Source of the DNA: Nemertoderma westbladi
Taxonomy: Eukaryota > Animalia > Xenacoelomorpha
DNA length: 47,076 nucleotides
Direction of reading: 5' to 3'
NCBI GenBank assembly: GCA_032718475.1
Contig: JAUCBJ010008035.1
Location: 1 to 47,076, forward strand
Made by a program: the position numbers and the translations under genes. The notes beneath the pieces were generated by a model. It saw nothing but the letters and a program-made list of their open reading frames with translations. It was not told where the DNA came from and did no database searches. Shown one piece after another: positions 1 through 11,122 of the stretch; the first letter of the stretch is position 1, and the number at the start of each line of letters is the position of its first letter.

Positions 1-939
1 TTAATAAAGGGTCGAGAGATTATTGAAAAAAATATGTTCTACAGTACGTTTTTTTCCTCATGTAATACGGACTGTAATTTTATTCTTCAATTGTTTCTTG
101 TTTGTTGCTCAATTCTTTAATAAAATATAGAGCGATATACAGTAGTGTTAGAAAATACATAGTTACTGCAATTCCAACTACTGTACTCTTCAACTCCCGA
201 TGCTGCTTTACTCAATGTTAAATAATTTTGTGTTCTCGAATATTTATTACGTAACTAGAGAGCCGCTTAACAACATAAACCAATATTGGATATTGAATCC
301 GTTTTGGAGGTAGCCTTGCAGACACTAAAGTTGCAATAACCTTTGAGTGTGTGAATAGATTTTGCTCAAATTACTTGCAAACCTTTTCTACGTCGATGCT
401 CTTTCGACACATAATAATTTAAGAAATTCCACCAAAAATCTTATATTTTACTTTTTTCGCCGGGATAAAAAGTAAAATCCATGCATTCCTGTTGATTACT
501 GTTTTCCCTAGGGAAAAAAATCAAAACTTTTTCTTCCGATTTTGCGGTATATTTGAGCGAAAAAGTAACAATTTAAGAATAAAAATATTTACTGTTTTTT
601 ACACTAACCTTTTATTTTTGTTTTTCATTTAAATTTGGATAAATAAGTGGCAAAATTCAGAAAAATTGCCATGTTCGGTCGGTTTCATTTCGGTTCCGGT
701 TTGGCTCGTCTACTCGTTCGGTCAATCCCTATAATTGTGGGATCGAGGTAGGGGGCCTCCTGTGGTGTGTGGCCTGGGGCCTCGTCCTCATCGCCACCCC
801 CCCCCCCCCCCCCCCCCCCCCCTAAATGCGGATGCGCTACTGATGTCCTGAGAACCAAAGGTAGTCAAGGTGGCAGATTTGCGTCTATTTTACCCACCGG
901 ATGGCAATCTGATGGCTATCTGATGCGCTATGTACAAGT

Positions 940-1960
940 AAATGGACAAAGAGAATCCCTCAAGCAAATATTTTGGTCCCAGCCCCAAAAAAGAGCAACC
1001 TAATAACCCTTTAAACTTTTCGCGGAATCTCGCTAATCTTGATTGCTGCAAAGATATGCAACATAATTATATTAAATCGCATCAGGGATCCTGTTGAAAG
1101 ACTGTTACGTGTGAACCAAGATGGGTTCCGTAAAAGGTCGATGGACCATAGAAACTATTCTGGCACTTGGAAGGATAATCGAAGGGTTATTACTAAAGAT
1201 CATTCATTAAAGGGCTAAGGGGCGCCTCAAAGCTGCTTTAAGAACGTGTTGGGAAATTGAAAGATCCCTTCAGCAACTTGCTTGGGCAGCCACCAAACAT
1301 CGAGGCCAGTCCAAGGAAAATATATAACAAGAAGACGCTACCTATAGAAACAGGGGACTTCCCACCCGCCGAACTCCAAAGAAGCATTAAAAGCATGTCC
1401 AATCATAAAGCGAGTGGATCATATACTTACTGATCTAGACGTTGCTGATGACATAGGGGTACTGTTAGAATCACTAGAGGGAGCCCAAAGGTTTCTCTGC
1501 TCATTGAAGCAGGTTGCTTCTAGTGTTGGTCCTTTTGTAAACTCCAAGAAGACCAAAATCATGACAGTGAACCTAGACTGCACTCAAGAAATGTCTGATT
1601 ATAAGGGCATAATCTCTAGTGACGGCTTGCTTGAGAACGTGGATGACTTCTGCTACAGTACTTGGGATTATGGATCCGAAAGACCATCGGATACGTAAAG
1701 GGAAGTGATGGGCAGCGTTAAATATTCTGTCCAGGATTTGGAAGTCCCAAAGAATAAAACGTAACCTTAAGGTTCGATTATTTAGAGCAGCAGTAGTTCC
1801 AGTACTCCTATATGGGAGTCCATGCTGGGCTCTAACTGCAGAGGATACCAAATCTCTGGATGGCACTTTCACAAGAATGCTGCGCCGGGTTCATTGTGTC
1901 AAGTTCAATGAACACATCTCCAATCAGACTCTATACAATATTGGAGGTGTTTCATTAGTC
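940..1960 (+). mobile_element. Degenerate RTE-clade non-LTR retrotransposon reverse transcriptase fragments (mosaic)
   Basis: Broken frames give RTE-type motifs: LVPAPKK..FRGISLILIAAKICNIIILNRI..LLRVNQDGFRK (~970-1135); linker LLGQPP..LPIETGDFPPAELQRSIKSMSNHKASG (~1270-1420); DLDVADDI..VNSKKTKIM..VDDFCY (1430-1655); KVRLFRAAVVPVLLYGSPCWALT..LDGTFTRMLRR (1770-1890). Stops and frameshifts throughout. Confidence 0.85.
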
Positions 1961-2124
1961 TCCCCTAGCTTGACACTTGAACGGAATTTGACTCTCACTC
2001 ATGCTAAAAATTAATTATTTGATTTTCAGAATTGTCTCAACACAATGCCATTGTCTATAAGAGAGAAAATCTAAGCTTCAACAAAACTTATTTCATTCAC
2101 CCCTATATACTGTGTACATCTATC

Positions 2125-2420
2125 GACAGCAGGCAATCATCCCAGGCATGGAAACCGATCAACTTGCTTACAGGGCGGAAGAGGCAACCAACCACCAAGG
2201 TTAAGGCTGAATCACCAGCCGATCGCCTCAATGGTTGGAAGGCCCACTTTGAAAAGCTCCTCAATAATGACAGGGTATTGCCTGATAACTTTATAGAAGT
2301 AAAAGTGTCTGAGTCTGTACTCCCAGATATTCACATTGGCGAATCTCCTTTGCAGAAGTGAAGGCTGCTGCAAAGAGCATTAAGACCAATCGTGCCAATG
2401 GAGTAGATGGTGTACCCAAA
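2125..2420 (+). mobile_element. RTE-type LINE fragment (endonuclease-RT linker)
   Basis: AWKPINLLTGRK..RLNGWKAHFEKLLN..[frameshift]..EVKAAAKSIKTNRANGVDGVP resembles the segment that precedes the RT domain in RTE ORFs. Confidence 0.75.
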
Positions 2421-3684
2421 TTGAATTACAGTAGTACTGTACCTATAATCTTTAAGATCTTCTACCGTTATTGTAGGCCTACAGTTCTACTTTACTTCAC
2501 TTTAAACAAATATATCGTTCAATCAAATGTAATGGTTTAATGTTTCTTTGTTATTTACAACATTTTGTTTTTTTATAAAATATTTACACATTTATTAAAC
2601 ATATATTTAACAACATTATAATAAATTTGAAAACTTTCAAACAAACAATATCACAATACAATAATAATTCAAAATATCGACCTATTGTACCGGTAACTAC
2701 TATGTATAACAAACTTGAGTTTATAAATCAATTATCATTAACAATGTTAACACGTTCGTGGGGCCTTCGCGCAGGACGAGGCCCAGTTATGAGATACAAA
2801 TTAAAACTGAGCGACTGTATCACAAAATCAGTATTTGAAAAATTTAACCATACCGACAATCAATGAAAGAAAGGGGGACAGTACGAGTTCAGCCCTTTTA
2901 ATCTGCCCCCCCCCCCCCCCCCCCCTTCCTACCAACCAATACATAACCGCGACATCTACCACCCAAGGGGCGGAAGGGTAGCACAAACTTATTTCCAATC
3001 ACACGTTCAATATGCGAAGCCATGTGGTTTATAGGGAATATCGAGAATTCGAGAAAATCGAGAATACGAGAAACTTGATCGAAATACTTGCTCATCCCAG
3101 CATCCGTCCGTATCCACCTCACCGGACAGGTGGGGTTTATTCCCGTAGAACAGTATAATTCCCGCTAAACCAAAATCGCAATCCTCGTCGATTCGTCCAG
3201 TCGTCGACGTAAGTCGGACTCTTCCCACCGAACTCCAAGGTGGGTGACCGGAGTGAGGCATGAGGAACTTGGCAGTGGCCCGCATTACGATCCAACCGAC
3301 CGCCGTATTCCCAGTGTAGTAAATATAATCTTACTGACAAGCAAGCAATTCCGTAGTATTTATTCTTCAGTTAATCGCATCTTGATGCCACTCGGCTGCT
3401 CGGGTCCAGATACACCGGACTGTCGGAAGCTGTTTAGATGAAGAAGTTGTTAAGATGGCCTTGCCAACGACCAACGACCTGAAGACGGTACCGGTAACTC
3501 TGTACCACTGTAACAGTTAACAGTACTGGTACCGTACTGTAATCCTGTAGTCTCCTAGCAACCAGCTGATGCCAAGCTTAATAATTTTTGGTAGATTAAT
3601 TTATTATAACTGTAAGACAGTTACACAGATGCTGCACGAAGACCCCACGCAAATTAAACTTGGAAAATTTCTAAACTTTGGCCA

Positions 3685-4447
3685 GACTACATGTGTACCA
3701 AGTTTGGTTAAATTTCATTAACATTTGGCTGAGTTATTAACGTTTAAAATTGGACACGACAGAACGACAGATCAACAGAACAACAGAGCCACAGACACAC
3801 CGATTGAGTTAGTGGTACCTGTATGCTAAGCTCGCTTACTTTCGTCGCTCGCCCCACAGACACACCGATTGAGTTAGTGGTACCTGTATGCTAAGCTCGC
3901 TTACTTTCGTCGCTCGCCCCACAGACACACCGATTGAGTTAGTGGTACCTGTATGCTAAGCTCGCTTACTTTCGTCGCTCGCCCCACAGACACACCGATT
4001 GAGTTAGTGGTACCTGTATGCTAAGCTCGCTTACTTTCGTCGCTCGCCCCACAGACACACCGATTGAGTTAGTGGTACCTGTATGCTAAGCTCGCTTACT
4101 TTCGTCGCTCGCCCCACAGACACACCGATTGAGTTAGTGGTACCTGTATGCTAAGCTCGCTTACTTTCGTCGCTCGCCCCACAGACACACCGATTGAGTT
4201 AGTGGTACCTGTATGCTAAGCTCGCTTACTTTCGTCGCTCGCCCCACAGACACACCGATTGAGTTAGCGGTACCTGTATGCTAAGCTCGCTTACTTTCGT
4301 CGCTCGCCCCACAGACACACCGATTGAGTTAGTGGTACCTGTATGCTAAGCTCGCTTACTTTCGTCGCTCGCCCCACAGACACACCGATTGAGTTAGCGC
4401 GGTACCTGTATGCTAAGCTCGCTTACTTTCGTCGCTCGCCCCACAAA
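3685..4447 (+). mobile_element. Probable Helentron-associated non-autonomous element (DINE-1/HINE-like) 3' part
   Basis: TGTGTACCAAGTTTGGTTAAA core-like motif (~3692), degenerate ACAG/GACAG microsatellite (3755-3800) and a terminal GCTCGCT..CGCTCGCC motif. This layout resembles invertebrate HINEs; recognised by eye only. Confidence 0.45.
3789..4445 (+). repeat. Tandem repeat, 65-bp unit x 10
   Basis: Unit CCACAGACACACCGATTGAGTTAGTGGTACCTGTATGCTAAGCTCGCTTACTTTCGTCGCTCGCC; ACAGACACAC recurs at 3791, 3856, 3921 ... 4376. Copy 8 has a T>C change; copy 10 has that change plus a 2-bp insertion. Confidence 0.97.
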
Positions 4448-6728
4448 TATAATATGTAATGTTCGGTATCGTCGGTTATAACCTCAACGTTTGAACTCTG
4501 TCGCCTCAACAATTCCGTTAGCACAGTTAGAATTATTAAAGCAAAATGTAAAATATACAGTATGATACCTTATAAAAAACCAGAAATGCCATGAACCAAT
4601 CTAACTGATTATAAAAAGCAGCTACACTGTAATATTGCAACATTTCAAAAAATTTAAAATAAAGTCCTTCGCTTTTGTCTATTCATGACCTTGAGGGGGG
4701 GGGGGGGGGGGGGGGGTATTTTTCATCGTACAAACTCATTCAGGGTTCATTTTAAAGTGAATTTTCAGGAGAACAAATGTTAGTATAAGTCAAAGCCAAT
4801 GCTATATGCAAGCAAAGAAGGGCTATCCATCATTTAAATTGTAAGCATTCGTAAATTCTGGAGTTATTATATTTCATATTTTTATTTATTTATTTTTTAT
4901 TTAAATGAGACTTAAATGAGCTCTGTGCGATAAAAAATGAAGGGTGTGAAATTTTTGTAAGACATGCTCATAGCGGAAAAATCATTCACGGGAAATTCGA
5001 TTTAGTGTAAGACAGAAATATCGCGCTTTGAATCTTAGCGAACAACTAAATTATAGTCACATAATGGATTCTGCAACGAGTAGAATGCCAATACTTGCTA
5101 TAATATGCACTAAAAAAAGGGGTTCAGAATTAAAAAATAACTTCTAAAATATCTTAAAGTTTCAATTTTTTGGCCCAAACTCGACTAACCCCCTCCCTTA
5201 ACCTGTAGTAGATGATTAACTTATAAGATTAGTTTATTATTAATTAATTTACTTTCATTTGTAAAAACCTATAAAATGTCCGTCGCTTTCTAATTCTTGA
5301 ATTTAAATCAATGTTAATTTGTTGTGAAGTGAAAAAAGAGTAGTCCAACTGCAATCCTCCATTCATAATTGAACATCTTTAATATTATGCGGGTCAATCT
5401 TGAATAAAACCCAAAAGTAATTCGCAATCAATCCGAACCACATATTTTGGATTCTATATAACCCTGTTAGTGACCGAAAAAAAGTCTATAAAAATTTAAA
5501 AAAATTCTACATAAATTTTCATAACGCAAGCCAAACAAAAGGGACAGTTAGGGGAGTGTAAGTAGCAAATTAGTGATGTTCCCGAAAAATAATAAATTAA
5601 TTATTGTACAATAGGCCTATGATGCAATTCAATAAGGAAATTAATAAATTTTGCACTGGCCTGTCAAACATAAATTGATATATCTAGGTAACTAGAAGTC
5701 GCATCCAATTTCACGATATATTACGGTAACTGAGATTCCACAGCACGGAAAATTCATAATTTACATTAATGTGCGACGATTTTTCACATAATACAATTTT
5801 GATTGGTCTATTGATTCTCGGTGTATCGTGTATGCCTAATATATTTATTTTATTTGGTTTATAAATCACAATAGTTTATAATTTTACAAATAAATTTTTT
5901 GGGTTTTTGAGGCCGACAAATACGATGAGCGAGGTTAAATGCCCCCGTTTAGTAGAGAAGTTTTGTAAATAAGCTCCTATATTTTACCAATAAAAGTTTT
6001 ACATGATGTACAGTGTCTATAAATCTATCTACCTATTATAGCAGGATAATGTAAAATAAGATAAAATTAGTTCGACTGAATCGCGAATTAGTTTTGGGTT
6101 ACCCCTTGTTTTTCTCTTGATTGATTAGACTATGTAACTATAAAACAGTTACAAACAATTCGTATTGTAGTGAGTGGAAAAGGAAAACCACATATTTATG
6201 GAAAATATTGTCCTGAAAAAAATAAATATAATGTGATTTATACTAGTTGCTAGAATTTAGAGCAAGTGTCTAAAGTATTAAAAAATATTATGTTATTAAA
6301 TGTTAACATTTTATATATATACATTTGTAAGACCCTACCTATGAAATAAATAATAATTATAAAAAAGAGTAACACTAAGTTACGTAAACCTGTTCCGAAA
6401 TAGACACAGGAAAAGTGTATAAAAACAATAATAAAATGCGAATCGCATGAGCTAAAAAATGAGTTTGATGTGAGATTAATTATTACATGTAAGTTCGGAC
6501 ATTGAGATACAATATGGCGTGCATGGGGGGGGGGGGGGGGGGGATAAATAAAGTTCATTCAAAGAAACTTTAAAATACAAGTTGGTGTACATTTTGTTAA
6601 ACAAACAGCGGTGAAAAGGGTGGAAGTTGGAGAATATCTCAAGGTGGAACCCACCGTATGGGTATTTGGCTAATTAACCTCAATTAACCTAAACCAATTA
6701 ATTAAATTAATTGGTTTGTCTTAGTAAA

Positions 6729-8312
6729 TTAATGTAAAGATTTTACAAATTCCGGGTTAAATCCATAACTTATGTCCCCAATAAACCCATCGACCCCCAT
6801 CTCTAGTTGCTTAGCAACATTCCCACCTTCATTGTTCTCCACCCCGTAACTGACTACGAACAACCCCCGTCGCTGCATCTCGCGTACGGCGCCACCTAGT
6901 GAGCGCTCTAGGAACTCGTCAGCGACCACCACCAGGCCCCGCAGTCCCTCCTGCTCGGCGAACGCTACACCGGCACCCAGACTCCCACAGCGGGGGTCCC
7001 TGAACGGTATCCAACGCCGACAAGCGGCGATCGTGAGTAACAAAACCGGGTAACGACTCTGTTTCAATCGCAAAGCTATCGCAACATCTGGATGGAATGT
7101 CGACAGAAATATGTTCCTATGGGGACCTGCGTTGTCAAGGATACAGTCTATCACGGAGTCCACGTAGCTGTCTAAGGCTGGGTAGGTTGGAGCTTCGTGG
7201 GTCCCATCAGATAAACCCATCGGGTATTTTATTTCTATGTTTAAACCAACTCGCCAAGGTAGCGAGGATTCTAGAACCGACTGCAACGAGGGGTATGCAG
7301 ATTCCTCGGTAGTCATGGGAGACCAAGAAGGGTGGCCACAGTGGTCACCCATGGATTGCAGCTGGTGGTGGTGGAGACTGGGAACTGGAATGGGAGTTAA
7401 AGTGGTGGAGTTTCCGTCGCATCCTGATAGGCAGGTATTTTCCACACACTGTGATTGACTACCGGCAGTACATTTTGTACGAATTCCCCCCTTAGCCGGT
7501 TGATTTATGTTCGAATTTCCCGCGTTTTCTCTCACGGAGAAATCGTGCCCCACCACAGGTACGCCATCTAGCGTTACCAGCACGTCCAACTCAATGTAAT
7601 CCACCCCACTAGAGGTCGCCGCGAAGAAACTCGCCATTGTGTTTTCTCGCATGTGCCCAGGTTGCCTAGCGACGCAGCTGTCGACGACGCCGTAACCACG
7701 GTGACCAATGGCGAGCGGCCGTCGAGCCAGTAACGCCGCCCAGGAGGATGTGTGTCGGTTGGCATGGATACCGGTACACTGGGGTGGCGGAACAGTTATA
7801 CGTAGTAGGTTGAGTGTAATAGAGCCTACGGGTTGGGTTGTCAAGGAAACAGCCAATGGTAATTCAGTTTGATTTATCGTTTCCGGGAAAACAGCCAATG
7901 GGAGTTCGACATATTCGAGACAACTTAATCCAAAATAACTGCTGTCTACAATAACAACCTCCCCATAGCGAATTTCTGAGTCCACAGATATAATTTCTAA
8001 ACGACATCCACGTGACTCACGTTCAGTAGTTCGGTAAGATACATTTACAATATCATCGGTATTTACAGGAATAAGAAAGGGACATTCGGTGTACCGCAAA
8101 GTACCGCCGGATGGCGTTGTAACAGTTACCACTAGACCCTGATCTATCGATCTATTTTGTCCGATTATAGAAACACCCAGCTGAAATTCTTGGAGGGTTG
8201 AGTTTGTATTGAGTAACACTGGAGAGCGACTCTTAGTGTTGAATAAATTAATTCGATACTCTGTGATCCTGTTCTGAGAGTGGCCGTTGAGTGGCGCTGC
8301 GAGAGAATCCAT
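6729..8312 (-). CDS. GPCPD1: Glycerophosphocholine phosphodiesterase GPCPD1/GDE5-like (GDPD domain), 527 aa, uninterrupted ORF
   Basis: GDPD motifs IGHRG, ENTMASF, DYIELDV, DGVPVVGHD, LNIEIKYP, plus STFHPD..LRLKQSRYPVLLLT typical of the GDE5/GPCPD1 group. No CBM20 domain is visible in the ORF. Confidence 0.85.
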   Translation of the reverse strand: MDSLAAPLNGHSQNRITEYRINLFNTKSRSPVLLNTNSTLQEFQLGVSIIGQNRSIDQGLVVTVTTPSGGTLRYTECPFLIPVNTDDIVNVSYRTTERESRGCRLEIISVDSEIRYGEVVIVDSSYFGLSCLEYVELPLAVFPETINQTELPLAVSLTTQPVGSITLNLLRITVPPPQCTGIHANRHTSSWAALLARRPLAIGHRGYGVVDSCVARQPGHMRENTMASFFAATSSGVDYIELDVLVTLDGVPVVGHDFSVRENAGNSNINQPAKGGIRTKCTAGSQSQCVENTCLSGCDGNSTTLTPIPVPSLHHHQLQSMGDHCGHPSWSPMTTEESAYPSLQSVLESSLPWRVGLNIEIKYPMGLSDGTHEAPTYPALDSYVDSVIDCILDNAGPHRNIFLSTFHPDVAIALRLKQSRYPVLLLTIAACRRWIPFRDPRCGSLGAGVAFAEQEGLRGLVVVADEFLERSLGGAVREMQRRGLFVVSYGVENNEGGNVAKQLEMGVDGFIGDISYGFNPEFVKSLH

Positions 8313-10890
8313 GTTGTTCCGATTGGGAATATTCTTACAGCAGCATTATTTGTGTTGAACATATAAATAATTCATTATATAAATAACTACTATTGCACAA
8401 AAATTATAATAAAAACTGTTAAAGTTTTAAAAACACACGATATAGATGTGATTAATAATGCGATTTAAAATTTATTATTTAATGTAAAAAATAATGTAGA
8501 ACACTAATTTCACAATGTTTGAGATATTTTAGTTACCAAGGTTAATAATGAATAGAGAACATAGCCAAATTTTATGAAAATTAATAATTCATTTTTATAT
8601 CCAATGTATTTGAATGTAACAATCCTTCATTTTTACGTGAGTAACAAATATGTTTCGCTAATTTAGAGACGCATGTGGGTAACAAACATACCAAACACTG
8701 AGCTGATCATACCAAAGCTCTACATGGCACTAAAGGCCTAGGCTTGCTACACATGAACAATAAACTCATTTCCTGCCACACTCTATACATAATTGGAGGT
8801 GTCTATTTAGTCCCCCCATGCTTGACTCTTGAACAGAGCCGCCTCCGCTTTGCAGGACATTGCTTTCTTCTGTATGAGAATCAGCCCAAGCACGAACTTC
8901 CCCTTTAGTGCCCTCATGGAGAGAATAAGCATGGCGGACGGCCCATAATTTTCTTGAGACGCATTTTAAAGGACATTTGCCTTGAAAATGAAAGTAAATT
9001 CTTTCGATAGTAATGGGGGATAGCAAGTTGTGGCGCAGCAATTCGATTTAGTAGAATGGAATTCGTCAACTATAGTTTCGTAGGGTAAAATAATGGGCGT
9101 TCTATAAAACGGACTGACTGACACAGTGACACCCCACTTTACGGAGGAGTGTCAATGGCGTGTACTTAGTAGTGTGGGGGGTATCCAAAGGGGTAATTCA
9201 TTATAAATTATATACTGCATGTTACACAGGTGCCAACTGAACCAATGAGAATAAATTACCATACTAACTAACGACACACACACTGCCGCCCACTGGTCAA
9301 TGGTTGGAGGTTGCAGAGACAGCTCATTAGTGGTTGAATTAGTTACGTCAGAGCTCCTAAGGGCAATACCCCGTTCTATCAATAACTGGTAGTAGGCGGC
9401 CAAAACTAATTAATTAACTAATTAATTAATTAACAGACATGTTTTAAAATATCGTCAAATAAAGTCAATGGCTTGGTAAAAATGCTATTTAAACAAATTA
9501 CATTACGGAAAATCTTAACGCAAAGAATGCCAATTATCTCAGAATGATAATTAATAAATTAATGTTATTGTGGCGAACAGGGCGTTGAGAGATGAAGAGA
9601 GAGTCCTTCGATGCAGAAAACGCCAGTTGCCGATGGGAGTGCAACTAAATGACGGCTCCCAAAGTAGAGGAAGTTAAGATTTCTTAAGGTGGAATGTGAA
9701 AAAGTTGAAAAAGGTTGTTTTGTAATGACTGAATTAACTGAATTAATTTTAATTTTGAAAAAGAAATAAGAGGAAACAATTAATTCAGTAAACTTTGAAG
9801 CAGGGGTTTGCACAAGGCACCAGGTTGTCGACTTGGAAGTGAGGAAAAAGTGGAGAGAAGCTCCTTAAATACCTTCCCAGGAAGCGTCCTGATTGGGTAG
9901 CCAAGGAGACTGCTGAGTGACCAGTTACACTCCCCGCTAGGGGGTGTTACCAAGAGGGTGCTGTAGAGACACCAGATTCCGTTTCGATCCCAAAAGGTGG
10001 CCACAGATAAATTTGTTAGAGAAAACTATTGAATTTTAGTTAGAGTTCCGTCAACAACCTGGAGATTATTTACAGCTAAAGCTGCTAATAAAAAATCACT
10101 CATTTCAGTATTTTTAAACTTTGCGAGCTAATATTTTGGACTGAAATTCATCTCGGTAAGCAATTTCGATATTAAATAAATTTGTGTGCGTTAAATGTGT
10201 AATGCAAATAAATGAAGTTGACCTATCTTTTTATTTAGTTTTAATTTAATAAGACAAATAATTTAAATCAAATTATAATTACAAAAAACAAGCCATAATG
10301 AGCACTAACTGATCTGTTACAAATGCAAAAATTTATACTATTATAGATATAAAAACAAACAATAAACAAAAAATAGTACAAAACAAAACAAAGGTAAACA
10401 AAACATCCAATAAAAAATAATAAAAAAAAATATAAAAACAACCACAATTTTTTTGTTACATATATTATATATATACTGTACTATCTAATGATTTATATTT
10501 TCCTCATTTGATCGAAAAAATTATTTAAAATCTGTTTTTTAATTTTAATTCCGACCCAAAAAGGTCCATCTTTAGTCCCATTGACTAAATTTAATTCTAC
10601 AATTTAAACACCAATGAGTTAGTATTACCGTAACCAGGATATTGACATACGTCTGTGTAATGTAATATAATACTTTAACGTGTTGTTTGTTACACTCGAG
10701 CGAACGTAGTGATTGAATGCATATAACCACACGAGGTTCATTACAATTACACAGCAAAAACAAACTCTGAAACCATCTGTTTTTATATGTAAATCGCAAC
10801 ATTACATGAAAACTGAATAAAAATAAACTTTTATGCCTTTGGACCTACAGTACGACCAAAAAAAACAAACATAAAAAGATACAAAAAAAG

Positions 10891-11122
10891 GTTATCGTTC
10901 ATATGCGTACCTCTGGCAAAAGAAGCAGGTTACAGTGGTGGTGTTTTCTAACCAAAACAATAAACTAATCTCCATTACTTAATTAACGGAAAGGAGCAGG
11001 TTACAGTGGTGAGCTTTTCTAACCAAAACAATAAACAATATCTCAATAACATAGGGTATTTCATACTTATAGTCTTATTTTTGCAACACGAAAATACCAG
11101 AGGTACGCATATGAACTATAAC
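10891..11122. mobile_element. MITE with 26-bp terminal inverted repeats
   Basis: GTTATCGTTCATATGCGTACCTCTGG (10891-10916) vs CCAGAGGTACGCATATGAACTATAAC (11097-11122), 25/26 complementary. Internal direct repeat AGCAGGTTACAGTGGTG..TTTTCTAACCAAAACAATAAAC x2. Confidence 0.8.

Noticed and set aside
2890-3450. Overlapping short ORFs and a small hairpin (CCCACC..GGTGGG)
   Set aside because: No recognisable product or RNA family.
3789-4445. CRISPR-like appearance of the 65-bp array
   Set aside because: Units are identical end to end with no unique spacers, there are no cas genes, and the context is eukaryotic.
8760-10010. Short minus-strand ORFs upstream of the GPCPD1-like gene as possible CBM20 exons
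   Set aside because: No CBM20-like motif (e.g. G..LG.W) and no clear splice signals found.
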